DNA from: Antedon mediterranea
Taxonomy: Eukaryota > Animalia > Echinodermata
DNA length: 64,000 nucleotides
Reading direction: 5' to 3'
Assembly (NCBI RefSeq): GCF_964355755.1
Contig: NC_092671.1
Coordinates: 36,342,304-36,406,303, forward strand
Position numbers and translations under genes: made by a program. The notes under the pieces are model-generated. The model saw only the letters and a program-made list of their open reading frames with translations, searched no databases and was not told the origin of the DNA. Each line of letters opens with the position of its first letter. The first letter of the stretch is position 1. Below are positions 58,501-64,000 of this stretch, one piece after another.

Positions 58501-61500
58501 TTTTCTATTAGATCTCACAATATGTTATAGTCCCCAATGTATAGTTCTAGTGGATAGTTATAACAATTGATGTTGTCTACTTACTTTAGCGCCACTGCGG
58601 ACATTCAGCGTTGTGCCAGTAATCAACGTTTCACCGTAACTATTATGATTAATGTACATATCACCGAATGTTTTGACGTCTAGATGATTGATATTGAATT
58701 GTGTGTCATTGTCATGTTCAAGAGTTACTTGACAACCAGTGCTGATAGTAAGTCGTTCCACATCGTGAAGTCCACCTGAATAAAATTGGTGTAAAAATGG
58801 AACTTAAAGTCACTAATAGGAAATGCGCTTCTCAATACCAGCAAATGGTATGAATGCATTTTTTAACATTCTGTAGCTTCACGAATGATTGGTATTAATA
58901 AACTTATATTCTAAGGGTATCAATGTATATTACAGATAATAATAATAATAATATTTGTTATTTGAATAGCGCCATTCTAACGATAATTTCTTATGGCGCT
59001 GTGGACTTAGATGTTACACTTTCCAACTGCATGCTTCTAATGTCAGTGCTACCAATTCTAGTGCTCTCTACGTTCTCTTATTATGTAACTAGTGACAGGC
59101 ATTTACAGTTGGTTTGTTTAAAAACTTTTGTAAATAAATGCTTTATAATATTTTCAATAAAATAAAAATGAAATTAATTACCATGTATGGTTAAATCTAC
59201 TTGTTTGCAATCAAGCACAGTAGGAAGAGTGATGTCTGAATCAGGGTAGCTCAACATTGAGAATGGAAGAAGTGTTCTATTCATTGTTGTGTTGAAAGTT
59301 TGTGAGTTACGTATCGTCATCCACCCATGCGTATCACCTTTGATGGTGTGTGCTGTTAAACTGGAAGCATTGGTCATACCTAGTGCACCCTTACCACGGA
59401 TTTCAATCTAAAATAAAATATGAATTTTGTATTATTAAACAAAGCATGTATATTAATTTGAAGGTGATTGAGTCAATCAGGTTTTTTTTTTAATTAGCAA
59501 AGATATAACCCTCCTTCCTATAAGATATTGTTGGTTTTTAGTCATATTCAGCGTTGCTAAACCTTTATTAGCAACTGTATTTCAACTGGTACTGTTTCAA
59601 GTAACCATCTAAAAAGAGACATCTGGTAGCCATTGACATAAAAATTGCTACTTTTAAGTGTACAAAATATTTTTGGGTTTTTTTTTAATGTGACATACTA
59701 CAGACGATGCAATAAATTACACAAAGTAATCAGAATAAACAAAGTCGGAATGAATTTCCTTTTGGAAAAATAAAATGAACTATGATTCATGAATACCATT
59801 TTCAGTCATCATTGAGATATTCTATTCAAATTTAGTTCCTAAAGTAATATAAGAATAAAATTGTCTTGAACCAAAGATTGGGGCATGATCTTTGTAACCT
59901 CTAAATTGTAACTGGAATATTACCTCTTCAAATTCAAAATCCTGTATCTCTTCATCCTCTGTCACAATGGTTGTTTCTGGTAAAGATGAGTATGGCACCT
60001 GACTATTCTCTTCTTCCGATTCTTTAATCCAAATGGTTAATTCATTTAAATATACATCACTTCCAGTCAGATCAACTGTGATCTAAATAAAATAATAATG
60101 TATTATTATTAATAACATTGCTTGCTTTAGGATTCATAGTTTCAAATTTATAAACAGCGATTCGGCTCAATACTCAATTAAAACAAAAACGAACAAGAAT
60201 CAAAATTCCCATCGGTGACACTCGTAAAGGAACTTTAATAACATAAAAAGGAGCACTAAGTAGAGACTGGGGATGATGTTTAAAATTAAATTGATTGAGG
60301 AATATCTTTCAAATAGATGATGGTTGGAACATCCAAACCATAGACAGCAATACAAATTAAACATTTAGTGGGTACACATTCAAACTAATCTAAACTTTAA
60401 TATAATATTTACAACTAGTTGGTCGGTTAAAGATTGTACAAGATATTCTGAAATCGGTTACCTTTTCTATATACCGGTCGATGAACACAATACCATAAAG
60501 TTGTTTTTCTTCATTATTTACAAAGCCAGACGTATCAACAAAATCAGGAGTGTGAATAACAGTATCACCCGACACATGAGTGGAAACTTTATATGAGATT
60601 GGTCTGTAACAGAAAAAAAACTTTAAATTATTACAAAATTAAGAAAAACACAGCTTTTGAATGAATGTTTTTCTCTTTTTCGTAACAGCCATTGAAATTT
60701 ACCTTACTGTTATTCAGTCATAATTTAAGTCATAATAGTTTTTAATACATATCAGGCGATTTTAACGGTCAGTATTAAAGTAATTTATAACTTAAGAAAT
60801 ATTTCAGATTGTTAATAGTTTTACCTTAAATGAACAATACATGAAAACAAATGTGTAGTTTAAAAAAAATTTAAATCTTAATGTGCAATATTTTTGTTTT
60901 GCTTTTTTTTTACTTACTCATTTTGAACGGGATCTATACGTAGTGCATGTACATAAAGCTGGAAAGGAAGATCTATTGAGATGGTCACAGCATCTGCTGT
61001 TGTCCAATAGTAGCTACTATCTCTGGAAAACACATGATCAAAAACATAATCATTTTTATGATTACTATATCTATAACTTGGTAAATGGGTAGTGGCAGTA
61101 GTTACTCCAGAGTAAGTTGTGTAGGTTGTATCATAATAGTAAGTACTTGGTCCCTTCATATTTAGAATCGAATATTTGTCAAATCTAGAAGGGTCCTCTG
61201 ATTCAACAACTACACCATTATCAACCAACAGCTTTCGATTGAATACTTCAGAATCGGCTAAGTCTTCGATGTACACGGTACCAGCACCAGCTTGGACTTG
61301 ACCGTTACTGTAGCCACCATAAGCCTGGTATTCACCATTAAAGTTGTGTTCACGGTAAAAGTACATTGCCATTCGACCACCTGACCCACCTCCACTATTT
61401 GACAAACCTATATTAAAGAAGATAGTATATTTATGATTATACCTTCAGAGTACAGAGAAGCTACTTTTCAACCTAGAAAGATTTCTTTCGCACAAAATAC

Positions 61501-64000
61501 GTCAAACAAAACCCCAAACAATTTCATTAGATTAGAACATTTCATGACAAATGTGACAATCAACACATCACATAGATGGTATAGTCATTTGGCATACTAA
61601 ATTTTCATGGGCAACATACCTGATCCTCCATTAACCTGTAGTCTACCGCTTCCATCAAGATGTCCGACATAAGCCAAGATACTTCCACCAGCCCCAGCTC
61701 CACAATCTCCAGATCCATCTCTACCGTTAGCGTGAAGGTCGCCCTCAATCCGCATATCATCTGCTATCTCTAGGAACATTGTACCTAAGTTCACAAACAG
61801 ATGGCATACAGAAGAGAAAAAACAAAAGTTTCACTCATTAAAATAACTGTAAATGTTTGAGATTTGAGATACTGTATTAGTTTTTTTAATCGCGCTCTTT
61901 ATTGAAATTAAACATATACTATAAACAATGTGGCAAATTACTATACTTGGCTACAAAGAATGTTTGCCTATAACAACCTACCGCCTCCATTTCCTCCAAG
62001 ATTTCCACTACTCCCATAACCCCCACCGCTTCCCATTGTAATTGGCTGGTACAACGATCCATATGCAAATGCTGAGTAAGCCCCATTGAATGTTGTTCCA
62101 CCACGACCACCATGTGCGCCTCCACTACCAGCCTCTAAGCTTCCAGATTTAGCCAATCCACTACCTACTCCAGAGCCGGGTGCATGTCCACCAAAATCAG
62201 CATGCATATCACCTTTCAACAAAATATAATAGAGTGATCATTGTGTATATTTATAGATACTGTATCTATTATGGCTGCCAGAGGCGCTTGACAGTGTTAC
62301 TCCCATTCTGCTTTTTATCATTAGTGCTAGTGAGAGGCGCTGCCTGAGTGGACTGGAATAAAAGAAATAAAAACAAAGGAGCCACAGGCTGGTGAATAGA
62401 GGGTGGATAGAGTAAGAGTAGAAACAATGAAGATAGCTTGGTAGATATAAACAATTTTAGGAATTGAACAACTCAAATGGTGGTTAATATTGAAATTTAA
62501 ATTTAGGTAGTCGATTGGAATAAACAATAATAAATTTGTTTATCAGTCTTTTTGATGCTTTAATTAGTTTTAAAATTTTCATTCAGACGAATTACAAAAA
62601 TATCAAACCTGCAACATCTATTGTAAGATTTGTAGCAATCAGATGCAGTTGATTGGTTCTAACATAACCACTTCCTTTCACTTGAAAATCTGTCAGATTC
62701 AACGTCATCATGTTGCCGTCTTCTACGGTCAGAAGCTCAAATTTTCCATTTGCGCGTACTGTCATGTTGACAGCGTGGAAACTGCCTACAGGTTGGTCTC
62801 TAGATCTTCCGTATGACCACCAGTAAAGCTCACCACCAGAATCTACATTAAAATCAACGATGTCTGCAAGTGTTCCGTTGATCTCCATCCAGACGTCTCG
62901 TAAGCTAAGTCTTGGTGGAAGTTCAAATTGTCCATACCTAAATTTAATTTTAAACAATTAGAAACAATACTTTTTTTTATTACCAAACTCCATCTGAACC
63001 TTTATTTAAACAATTAAATATTTTTAGCTTAAATGATCTTCATACTAAGATTCAAGTTAAAGTAGTGGAGCGGTAGCTTGGTATTTAACATGCTTGCCTT
63101 CCAATCCCGAGGTCCAGTGTTCAATCCTGACCTAGTGCCAGGGTTGTAATACATGACTCTTTCAACTCCACTCCCTAACCCTCAAATGAGACTTAGTTTA
63201 TAAGCATGATAAATTATAAAATAGTTTATCCATCCTGTAATTGGCCAGTTTCCCGCTGTTGGATGTCATTTTTTTGCAATTTTTCAAATATGTACCTGTA
63301 CAGTAAAACATTTGCAGCAAAGTAGATGTCAACGAAGTCAAATGATACAGTCTGATTTTGACCAATGTGTATGACGCCACTCCTGTCTCCATAAAAGGCA
63401 CCGCCCCGGCATGCAACAACCTCTGATGTTGTGTTGCTTAAGACAGCTACGTGGGCATTACCATGAAGATGAAACTGACAAAATAAACAAGACAACAATA
63501 ATTTGAAAGAAAGCTTAAGCTTTGTCTACACTATCAAACTTGTGACAAAAAATGTGATGTGCCCATATATGGACATGATGATGCCATATCACTACAATTT
63601 TGGGCACATTACACTTTTTTTGTCAAACTAGAGCTTTAGACAGCATAAAAACAAGTTTACATTTTGCACAATAAACGTATGCTCATAACTATCATATCAA
63701 TTCAAGTTCACATTAATTTAGCCACGAAGCATGGCATCAAACTTTATGTGAACAAATGTGATGTGCCCATATATGGACAAGACGATGTCATATCACTGCC
63801 ATATTTAAGCATATCATTTGGGCACTCACTTTTTTTGTCAAACTAGTTTGATAGTATAGTACATTTTCTGTAGCTGTAAGTCCTTTTACATAATTTAATA
63901 GACAAATACAATCAGAATCAGATTTGCTACTTTTCACCATGAATACTAACCTCATCAAAATAATAATCATCTAAATCATGCCACAACCAGGTGATGCCGC
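1..64000 (-). CDS. Giant multi-exon extracellular-type protein (partial, ~13,600 aa in window): ~22 Gly-rich/beta repeats, EGF array, VWD-LamG-C8-like units
   Basis: 65 exons with GT-AG boundaries join in frame; no start or stop codon of the spliced CDS lies in the window; the supplied long ORFs are exons running into introns. Confidence 0.88.
333..4931 (-). CDS. 4.6-kb exon: LamG end, C8-like, EGF, VWD3-LamG-C8, VWD4-LamG-C8, EGF, start of VWD5
   Basis: tttgtag|AAA GCT ... GTA CAG|gtaaaa; motifs FGQGHVINFD, FIGSIDEIKVWQR, LWKLNEGQG. Confidence 0.92.
5093..8386 (-). CDS. 3.3-kb exon: EGF, VWD1-LamG-C8, EGF, VWD2-LamG
   Basis: tttgtag|GAT CGG ... ATT GAA|gtaagt; FGQGHFTTFDG, GLLGNCD, FTGTIDEFKIWNR. 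Confidence 0.92.
8546..8705. mobile_element. MITE family A (PIF/Harbinger-like), full copy
   Basis: TIR agctctgtctacactatcaaa / tttgatagtgtagacaaggct; TTA on both flanks; internal atatggtagtgatat repeats. Confidence 0.8.
8874..9000 (-). CDS. Exon, end of bacterial-like module
   Basis: acacag|A GTT TCA ... TAT GAT|gtaagt; VSDNTVNVTWYIAY. Confidence 0.82.
9183..9297 (-). CDS. Exon, bacterial-like module
   Basis: ttaaag|GA CCT ... GTG AG|gtaagt; PDNRF..QGQPSKFKPG. Confidence 0.82.
9524..9752 (-). mobile_element. 5'-truncated Rex/Babar-like LINE 3' end
   Basis: SHPLYSDFQWLRSGRRLRATRCRTKHFLNSFVPYSIRHFNNR-stop, then tail gaatttccgtatggataaataaa. Confidence 0.7.
9784..9978 (-). CDS. Exon, EGF end and start of bacterial-like module
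   Basis: ttttag|GT CGT ... ATT G|gtaagt; VQPVVNCVES..YTVWFGYENDN. Confidence 0.85.
10205..10501 (-). CDS. EGF / laminin-EGF-like exon
   Basis: ttatag|GA AAT ... CGT A|gtaaga; Cys spacing. Confidence 0.85.
10527..10639. mobile_element. MITE family A, partial
   Basis: Same core (tatggtagtgatatg, gggcacatcacattttttgtcacataaa) and one end agacaaggct. Confidence 0.7.
10780..10949. mobile_element. MITE family B (fold-back)
   Basis: TIR tggttcccactag / ctagtgggaacca; second copy in opposite orientation at 26238. Confidence 0.8.
10958..11347 (-). CDS. EGF array exon
   Basis: ttttag|GT GAC ... AAT G|gtaagt. Confidence 0.88.
11609..11754. mobile_element. MITE family A
   Basis: Long TIR agctctgtctacactatcaaactagtttgacaaaa at both ends. 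Confidence 0.8.
11818..11973 (-). CDS. EGF array exon
   Basis: ttgcag|GA CCG ... AGA G|gtaact. Confidence 0.88.
12092..12817 (-). CDS. EGF array exon
   Basis: ttgtag|GT ACG ... TGG G|gtgagt. Confidence 0.9.
12912..13997 (-). CDS. EGF array exon
   Basis: attcag|GT AAT ... GCT G|gtaagt. Confidence 0.9.
14210..17801 (-). CDS. 3.6-kb exon: last Gly-rich repeat, then tenascin-type EGF array
   Basis: ctttag|CTT TCT ... TCA G|gtatgg; GGGGAGGRISAY followed by CSxHGxC..CxCxxGWxGxxC repeats. Confidence 0.9.
18004..18290 (-). CDS. Gly-rich repeat exon
   Basis: GGGSGGRVGMY; atttag|GC ... GTG|gtatgt. Confidence 0.85.
18632..18791 (-). CDS. Gly-rich repeat exon
   Basis: GGGGSGGSINID; ttacag|GGC ... 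TAT A|gtatgt. Confidence 0.82.
19100..19233 (-). CDS. Gly-rich repeat exon
   Basis: PYGSFINPRDPGSGGG; ctatag|GT ... AAG|gtacat. Confidence 0.82.
19455..25646 (-). CDS. 6.2-kb exon with five Gly-rich/beta repeats
   Basis: ttatag|GA TAC ... TCA G|gtagtt; 2054-aa ORF with five GGxGGR(I/L/V/M) motifs. Confidence 0.93.
25878..26174 (-). CDS. Repeat exon
   Basis: gaacag|GA AAT ... ATA G|gtaagc; GAGHGG. Confidence 0.85.
26238..26416. mobile_element. MITE family B
   Basis: agcttggttcccactag ... ctagtgggaaccacgct; closely matches the reverse complement of 10780-10949. Confidence 0.8.
26590..26860. mobile_element. Fold-back element / MITE
   Basis: ~50-bp imperfect inverted repeats aactttcaataaa..tacgttttggctatt / aatagccaaaacgta..tttattgaaagtt. 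Confidence 0.6.
26919..27267 (-). CDS. Repeat exon (beta block)
   Basis: ttgtag|GTT ... AAA G|gtaagg; GDRSSLFNI, PPVNFHV. Confidence 0.85.
27494..27849 (-). CDS. Repeat exon (absent from ORF track)
   Basis: tcttag|AC CAT ... AAC|gttagt; GGGSGGRIAIH, GTGTIYVEE. Confidence 0.85.
28309..28530 (-). CDS. Repeat exon
   Basis: ctttag|AT ... ACA G|gtttgc; FGSIYQP, GGGSGGSTWI. Confidence 0.83.
28569..28732. repeat. Intronic dispersed duplication (two ~60-bp copies about 104 bp apart)
   Basis: ggaaaatgtaatttaaaaagt..aaatatgg..taa..aaattta.ttg.aatt.ca occurs twice. Confidence 0.55.
28792..28966 (-). CDS. Repeat exon
   Basis: atgtag|GAT ... TCA G|gtatga; GAGHAS. Confidence 0.83.
29258..33240 (-). CDS. 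4.0-kb exon with three Gly-rich/beta repeats
   Basis: ttctag|GA TGT ... TTG|gtgagt. Confidence 0.92.
33526..33755 (-). CDS. Repeat exon
   Basis: tttaag|C TTT ... GAA G|gtattt; GAAGSIFV. Confidence 0.8.
34108..34288 (-). CDS. Repeat exon
   Basis: ttaaag|GA AAC ... AAT GA|gtaaga; GGAGGRIALH. Confidence 0.83.
34480..34678 (-). CDS. Repeat exon
   Basis: tttcag|ACG ... CAA G|gtaaaa; GAGYGG, YGSMEHP. Confidence 0.83.
34788..35140 (-). CDS. Repeat exon
   Basis: tttcag|GT ... TCA|gtaagt. Confidence 0.85.
35443..39445 (-). CDS. 4.0-kb exon with three Gly-rich/beta repeats
   Basis: caacag|CTT ... TCA G|gtatgt. Confidence 0.92.
39695..39858. mobile_element. MITE family A with three internal 21-bp units
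   Basis: agctttgtctacactatcaaa ... gtttgatagtgta; (atatggtagtgatatgtccag) x ~3. Confidence 0.75.
39956..40155 (-). CDS. Repeat exon (divergent unit)
   Basis: ccatag|GT GCT ... AAG|gtatac; GAAGGFVSI, GAAGFIYI. Confidence 0.78.
40720..40808 (-). CDS. Repeat exon
   Basis: ttacag|A GGT ... ACA G|gtattt; GGAGGSIWIE. Confidence 0.78.
41100..41271 (-). CDS. Repeat exon
   Basis: ttgtag|GT GTT ... GCA AG|gtacat; AGGGALHL. Confidence 0.78.
41564..43420. mobile_element. Non-autonomous Tc1/mariner-type DNA transposon, 1.86 kb
   Basis: TIR cagtactgactaca(a/t)atcat(g/a)tacca at both ends, TA on both flanks, no transposase-length ORF. Confidence 0.8.
42031..42563 (+). repeat. 134-bp direct repeat pair inside the transposon (42031-42164 and 42430-42563)
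   Basis: aataggtcaataaatagcc...gtattcgctcaaat occurs twice, nearly identical. Confidence 0.85.
43424..44063 (-). CDS. Repeat exon (beta block); donor overlapped by transposon TSD
   Basis: tttcag|AAC ... AAT G|gtacag. Confidence 0.82.
44111..44270. mobile_element. MITE family A, full copy
   Basis: ggctctttctacactataaaa / ttttatagtgtagacagagct; TAA on both flanks. Confidence 0.8.
44364..44566 (-). CDS. Repeat exon
   Basis: cttcag|GT ... GAG|gtagtt; GGGSGGRIAVY. Confidence 0.85.
44777..44905. mobile_element. MITE family A, internally deleted
   Basis: agctctgtctacac ... gtttgatagtgtagacaaagct. Confidence 0.75.
44915..45045 (+). mobile_element. Degenerate copy of the SINE-like body at 48790-48885
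   Basis: Shared agatt.cctcat, cgttt.aaa, tttcagta.atcac.gggc, ttctat blocks. Confidence 0.45.
45079..45201 (-). CDS. Repeat exon
   Basis: atacag|GG ... AAT G|gtaaga; GGASGGSIYI. Confidence 0.83.
45564..45759 (-). CDS. Repeat exon
   Basis: ttttag|AAA ... GAT G|gtaata; GSGHGG, YGNLFHP. Confidence 0.83.
46140..46368 (-). CDS. Repeat exon
   Basis: ttttag|A CCT ... GTG|gtgcgt (donor could lie 3 nt earlier). Confidence 0.78.
46679..46860 (-). CDS. Repeat exon
   Basis: ttttag|ATA ... TTA AG|gtaatt. Confidence 0.78.
46946..47160. repeat. 11-bp minisatellite (attatctgacc)n, about 19 copies
   Basis: Direct tandem array with gacc/gaac/gatc variants. Confidence 0.95.
47344..48083 (-). CDS. Repeat exon
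   Basis: ttacag|GA TCT ... CAG|gtaatg; GGAGGRIAIH. Confidence 0.87.
48487..48601 (-). CDS. Repeat exon
   Basis: tactag|GGT ... CAT G|gtaagt. Confidence 0.75.
48725..48885 (+). mobile_element. tRNA-derived SINE-like element
   Basis: A-box-like tagttggtta, stem tctgc/gcag, B-box ggttcgaatc; no convincing acceptor stem; body shared with 44915-45045. Confidence 0.55.
48903..49026. mobile_element. Tc1/mariner-superfamily (pogo/Tc2-like) MITE
   Basis: TA|ccgtaaaac.tcgaaaa.aagcccatgggctt ... aagcccatgggcttttttcgaagttttacgg|TA. Confidence 0.8.
49203..49397 (-). CDS. Repeat exon with acidic loop
   Basis: ttacag|GGC ... GAG|gttgat; DFDKDEEDDEN. Confidence 0.78.
49468..49508. repeat. (TA)n microsatellite
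   Basis: Uninterrupted TA run. Confidence 0.95.
49866..49897. repeat. (AAGT)n microsatellite
   Basis: aagtaagtaagt... run. Confidence 0.85.
50025..50134 (-). CDS. Repeat exon
   Basis: gttcag|TA ... CAT|gtaagt; IDGALGGVEEL. Confidence 0.8.
50233..50302 (-). pseudogene. Intronic 70-bp copy of exon segment 50405-50474
   Basis: 64/70 identical by eye, no indel. Confidence 0.85.
50324..50549 (-). CDS. Repeat exon
   Basis: ttatag|AAT ... AGA G|gtatag; LDGDGSGMLHV. Confidence 0.83.
50672..50938 (-). CDS. Repeat exon
   Basis: acttag|GAA ... ATG|gtaaca (alternative in-frame donor at 50647); GGGSGGRIAIH. Confidence 0.8.
51287..51537 (-). CDS. Exon encoding a Cys-rich insert inside a Gly-rich repeat
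   Basis: ttatag|GT AAT ... AAG|gtaatc; CVPCCNQC..CTQCKC..CVVRC. Confidence 0.82.
51667..51785. mobile_element. hAT-like MITE
   Basis: TIR cagtggcat / atgccactg; 8-bp flanks gtcagata / ggcagata (7/8); related fragment near 34722. Confidence 0.7.
51818..51971 (-). CDS. Repeat exon
   Basis: atttag|AAT ... GCT G|gtaagc; GGSSGGSILI. Confidence 0.82.
52126..52346 (-). CDS. Repeat exon
   Basis: ctccag|CT ... GGG|gtaagt; GASYGG, YGSFITP. Confidence 0.85.
52649..52961 (-). CDS. Repeat exon
   Basis: tcttag|AGT ... AGA G|gtataa. Confidence 0.8.
53589..53855 (-). CDS. Repeat exon
   Basis: ttttag|GCA ... GAG|gtaagg; IRGDYTATVH. Confidence 0.83.
54086..54304 (-). CDS. Repeat exon
   Basis: gtgtag|GCC ... 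CAG|gtattt; GGGGRMALH. Confidence 0.85.
54431..54753 (-). CDS. Repeat exon
   Basis: tcttag|AG ... GAG|gtacag; GASHGG, YGSFTAP. Confidence 0.85.
54776..54948. mobile_element. Fold-back MITE
   Basis: aggtttatc(a/g)caaat ends plus ~40-bp internal inverted repeat (acaatgcat..gaagggtttgggag..cgccac). Confidence 0.7.
55123..55234 (-). CDS. Repeat exon
   Basis: tttaag|GTG ... GGA G|gtaaaa. Confidence 0.8.
55402..55547 (-). CDS. Repeat exon
   Basis: ttgtag|GA ... CAG|gtattt. Confidence 0.8.
55729..56358 (-). CDS. Repeat exon
   Basis: ttacag|GT ... GGA G|gtaagc; GGPGTVYL, RGDRTGRL. Confidence 0.87.
56579..56758 (-). CDS. Repeat exon
   Basis: ttatag|GT ... ATT G|gtacgt; GAGAGGRIAIY. Confidence 0.83.
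57126..57374 (-). CDS. Repeat exon
   Basis: gagcag|GA ... ACA G|gtaaaa; GAGYGS. Confidence 0.8.
57621..57729 (-). CDS. Repeat exon
   Basis: attaag|TTG ... CAT G|gtaggt. Confidence 0.72.
57790..58285 (-). mobile_element. 5'-truncated Rex/Babar-like LINE 3' end
   Basis: GSDLPTIQQTYEKRVLHKVNMIMNDHTHPLNKYYVLNRSGIRLR, frameshift, RLRKSFVPNSCHLYN; tail gaatttccttttggaccaataaa. Confidence 0.7.
58585..58775 (-). CDS. Repeat exon
   Basis: attcag|GT ... AAA|gtaagt. Confidence 0.8.
59182..59407 (-). CDS. Repeat exon
   Basis: ttttag|ATT ... CAT G|gtaatt; IKGDTHG. Confidence 0.82.
59924..60082 (-). CDS. Exon, end of inserted domain and return to repeat
   Basis: atttag|ATC ... GAG|gtaata; YLNELTIW, DFEFEE. 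Confidence 0.8.
60462..60603 (-). CDS. Exon, inserted domain
   Basis: ttacag|A CCA ... AAG|gtaacc. Confidence 0.78.
60918..61407 (-). CDS. Repeat exon plus start of inserted domain
   Basis: atatag|GT ... AAT GA|gtaagt; GGGSGGRMAMY. Confidence 0.85.
61620..61784 (-). CDS. Repeat exon
   Basis: acttag|GT ... TCA G|gtatgt; GAGAGGSIL. Confidence 0.83.
61982..62212 (-). CDS. Repeat exon
   Basis: tgaaag|GT ... GGC G|gtaggt; GGAHGG, YGSLYQP. Confidence 0.83.
62609..62937 (-). CDS. Repeat exon
   Basis: atttag|G TAT ... GCA G|gtttga. Confidence 0.83.
63065..63140 (+). mobile_element. Degenerate tRNA-like SINE head
   Basis: ggtagcttggt..ttgccttccaa..aggtccagtgttcaatcc; cloverleaf incomplete. Confidence 0.4.
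63296..63474 (-). CDS. Repeat exon
   Basis: tgtcag|TTT ... TAC AG|gtacat; FYGDRSGVIH. Confidence 0.83.
63518..63635. mobile_element. MITE family A
   Basis: agctttgtctacactatcaaac plus family core. Confidence 0.72.
63736..63859. mobile_element. MITE family A, partial
   Basis: atcaaactttatgtg..gtgcccatatatggaca..aaactagtttgatagta. Confidence 0.7.
63951..64000 (-). CDS. 3' part of an exon entering the window
   Basis: GITWLWHDLDDYYFDE|gttagt, matching the TW...(Y/F)DE motif of the repeat. Confidence 0.75.

Noticed and set aside
16740-64000. Collagen, PE-PGRS or ALK/LTK orthology
   Set aside because: No Gly-X-Y periodicity, no PE domain and no kinase in the window; the ALK comparison is only a structural analogy

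Overview
Eukaryotic (animal-type) genomic DNA with AT-rich GT-AG introns, MITEs and SINE/LINE fragments. The whole window lies inside ONE minus-strand gene that is open at both ends. I traced 65 exons by hand; every junction I checked is GT-AG and phase-compatible, giving about 40.9 kb of continuous CDS (about 13,600 aa, partial). N-to-C (high to low coordinates), the protein has about 22 tandem ~400-aa units (Gly-rich block plus beta-rich block), a long tenascin-type EGF array built from a 4-module super-repeat, a small module resembling a bacterial secreted-protein repeat, and at least 4 complete EGF-VWD-LamG/pentraxin-like-C8-like units plus a fifth VWD. Introns carry several MITE families, Rex/Babar-like LINE ends, tRNA-derived SINE-like pieces, and a 1.86-kb Tc1/mariner-type element inserted into the TA of a GTAAGT splice donor. 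All family assignments come from motif recognition only; no database search was run. The organism cannot be fixed from the sequence; a marine invertebrate is only my inference.
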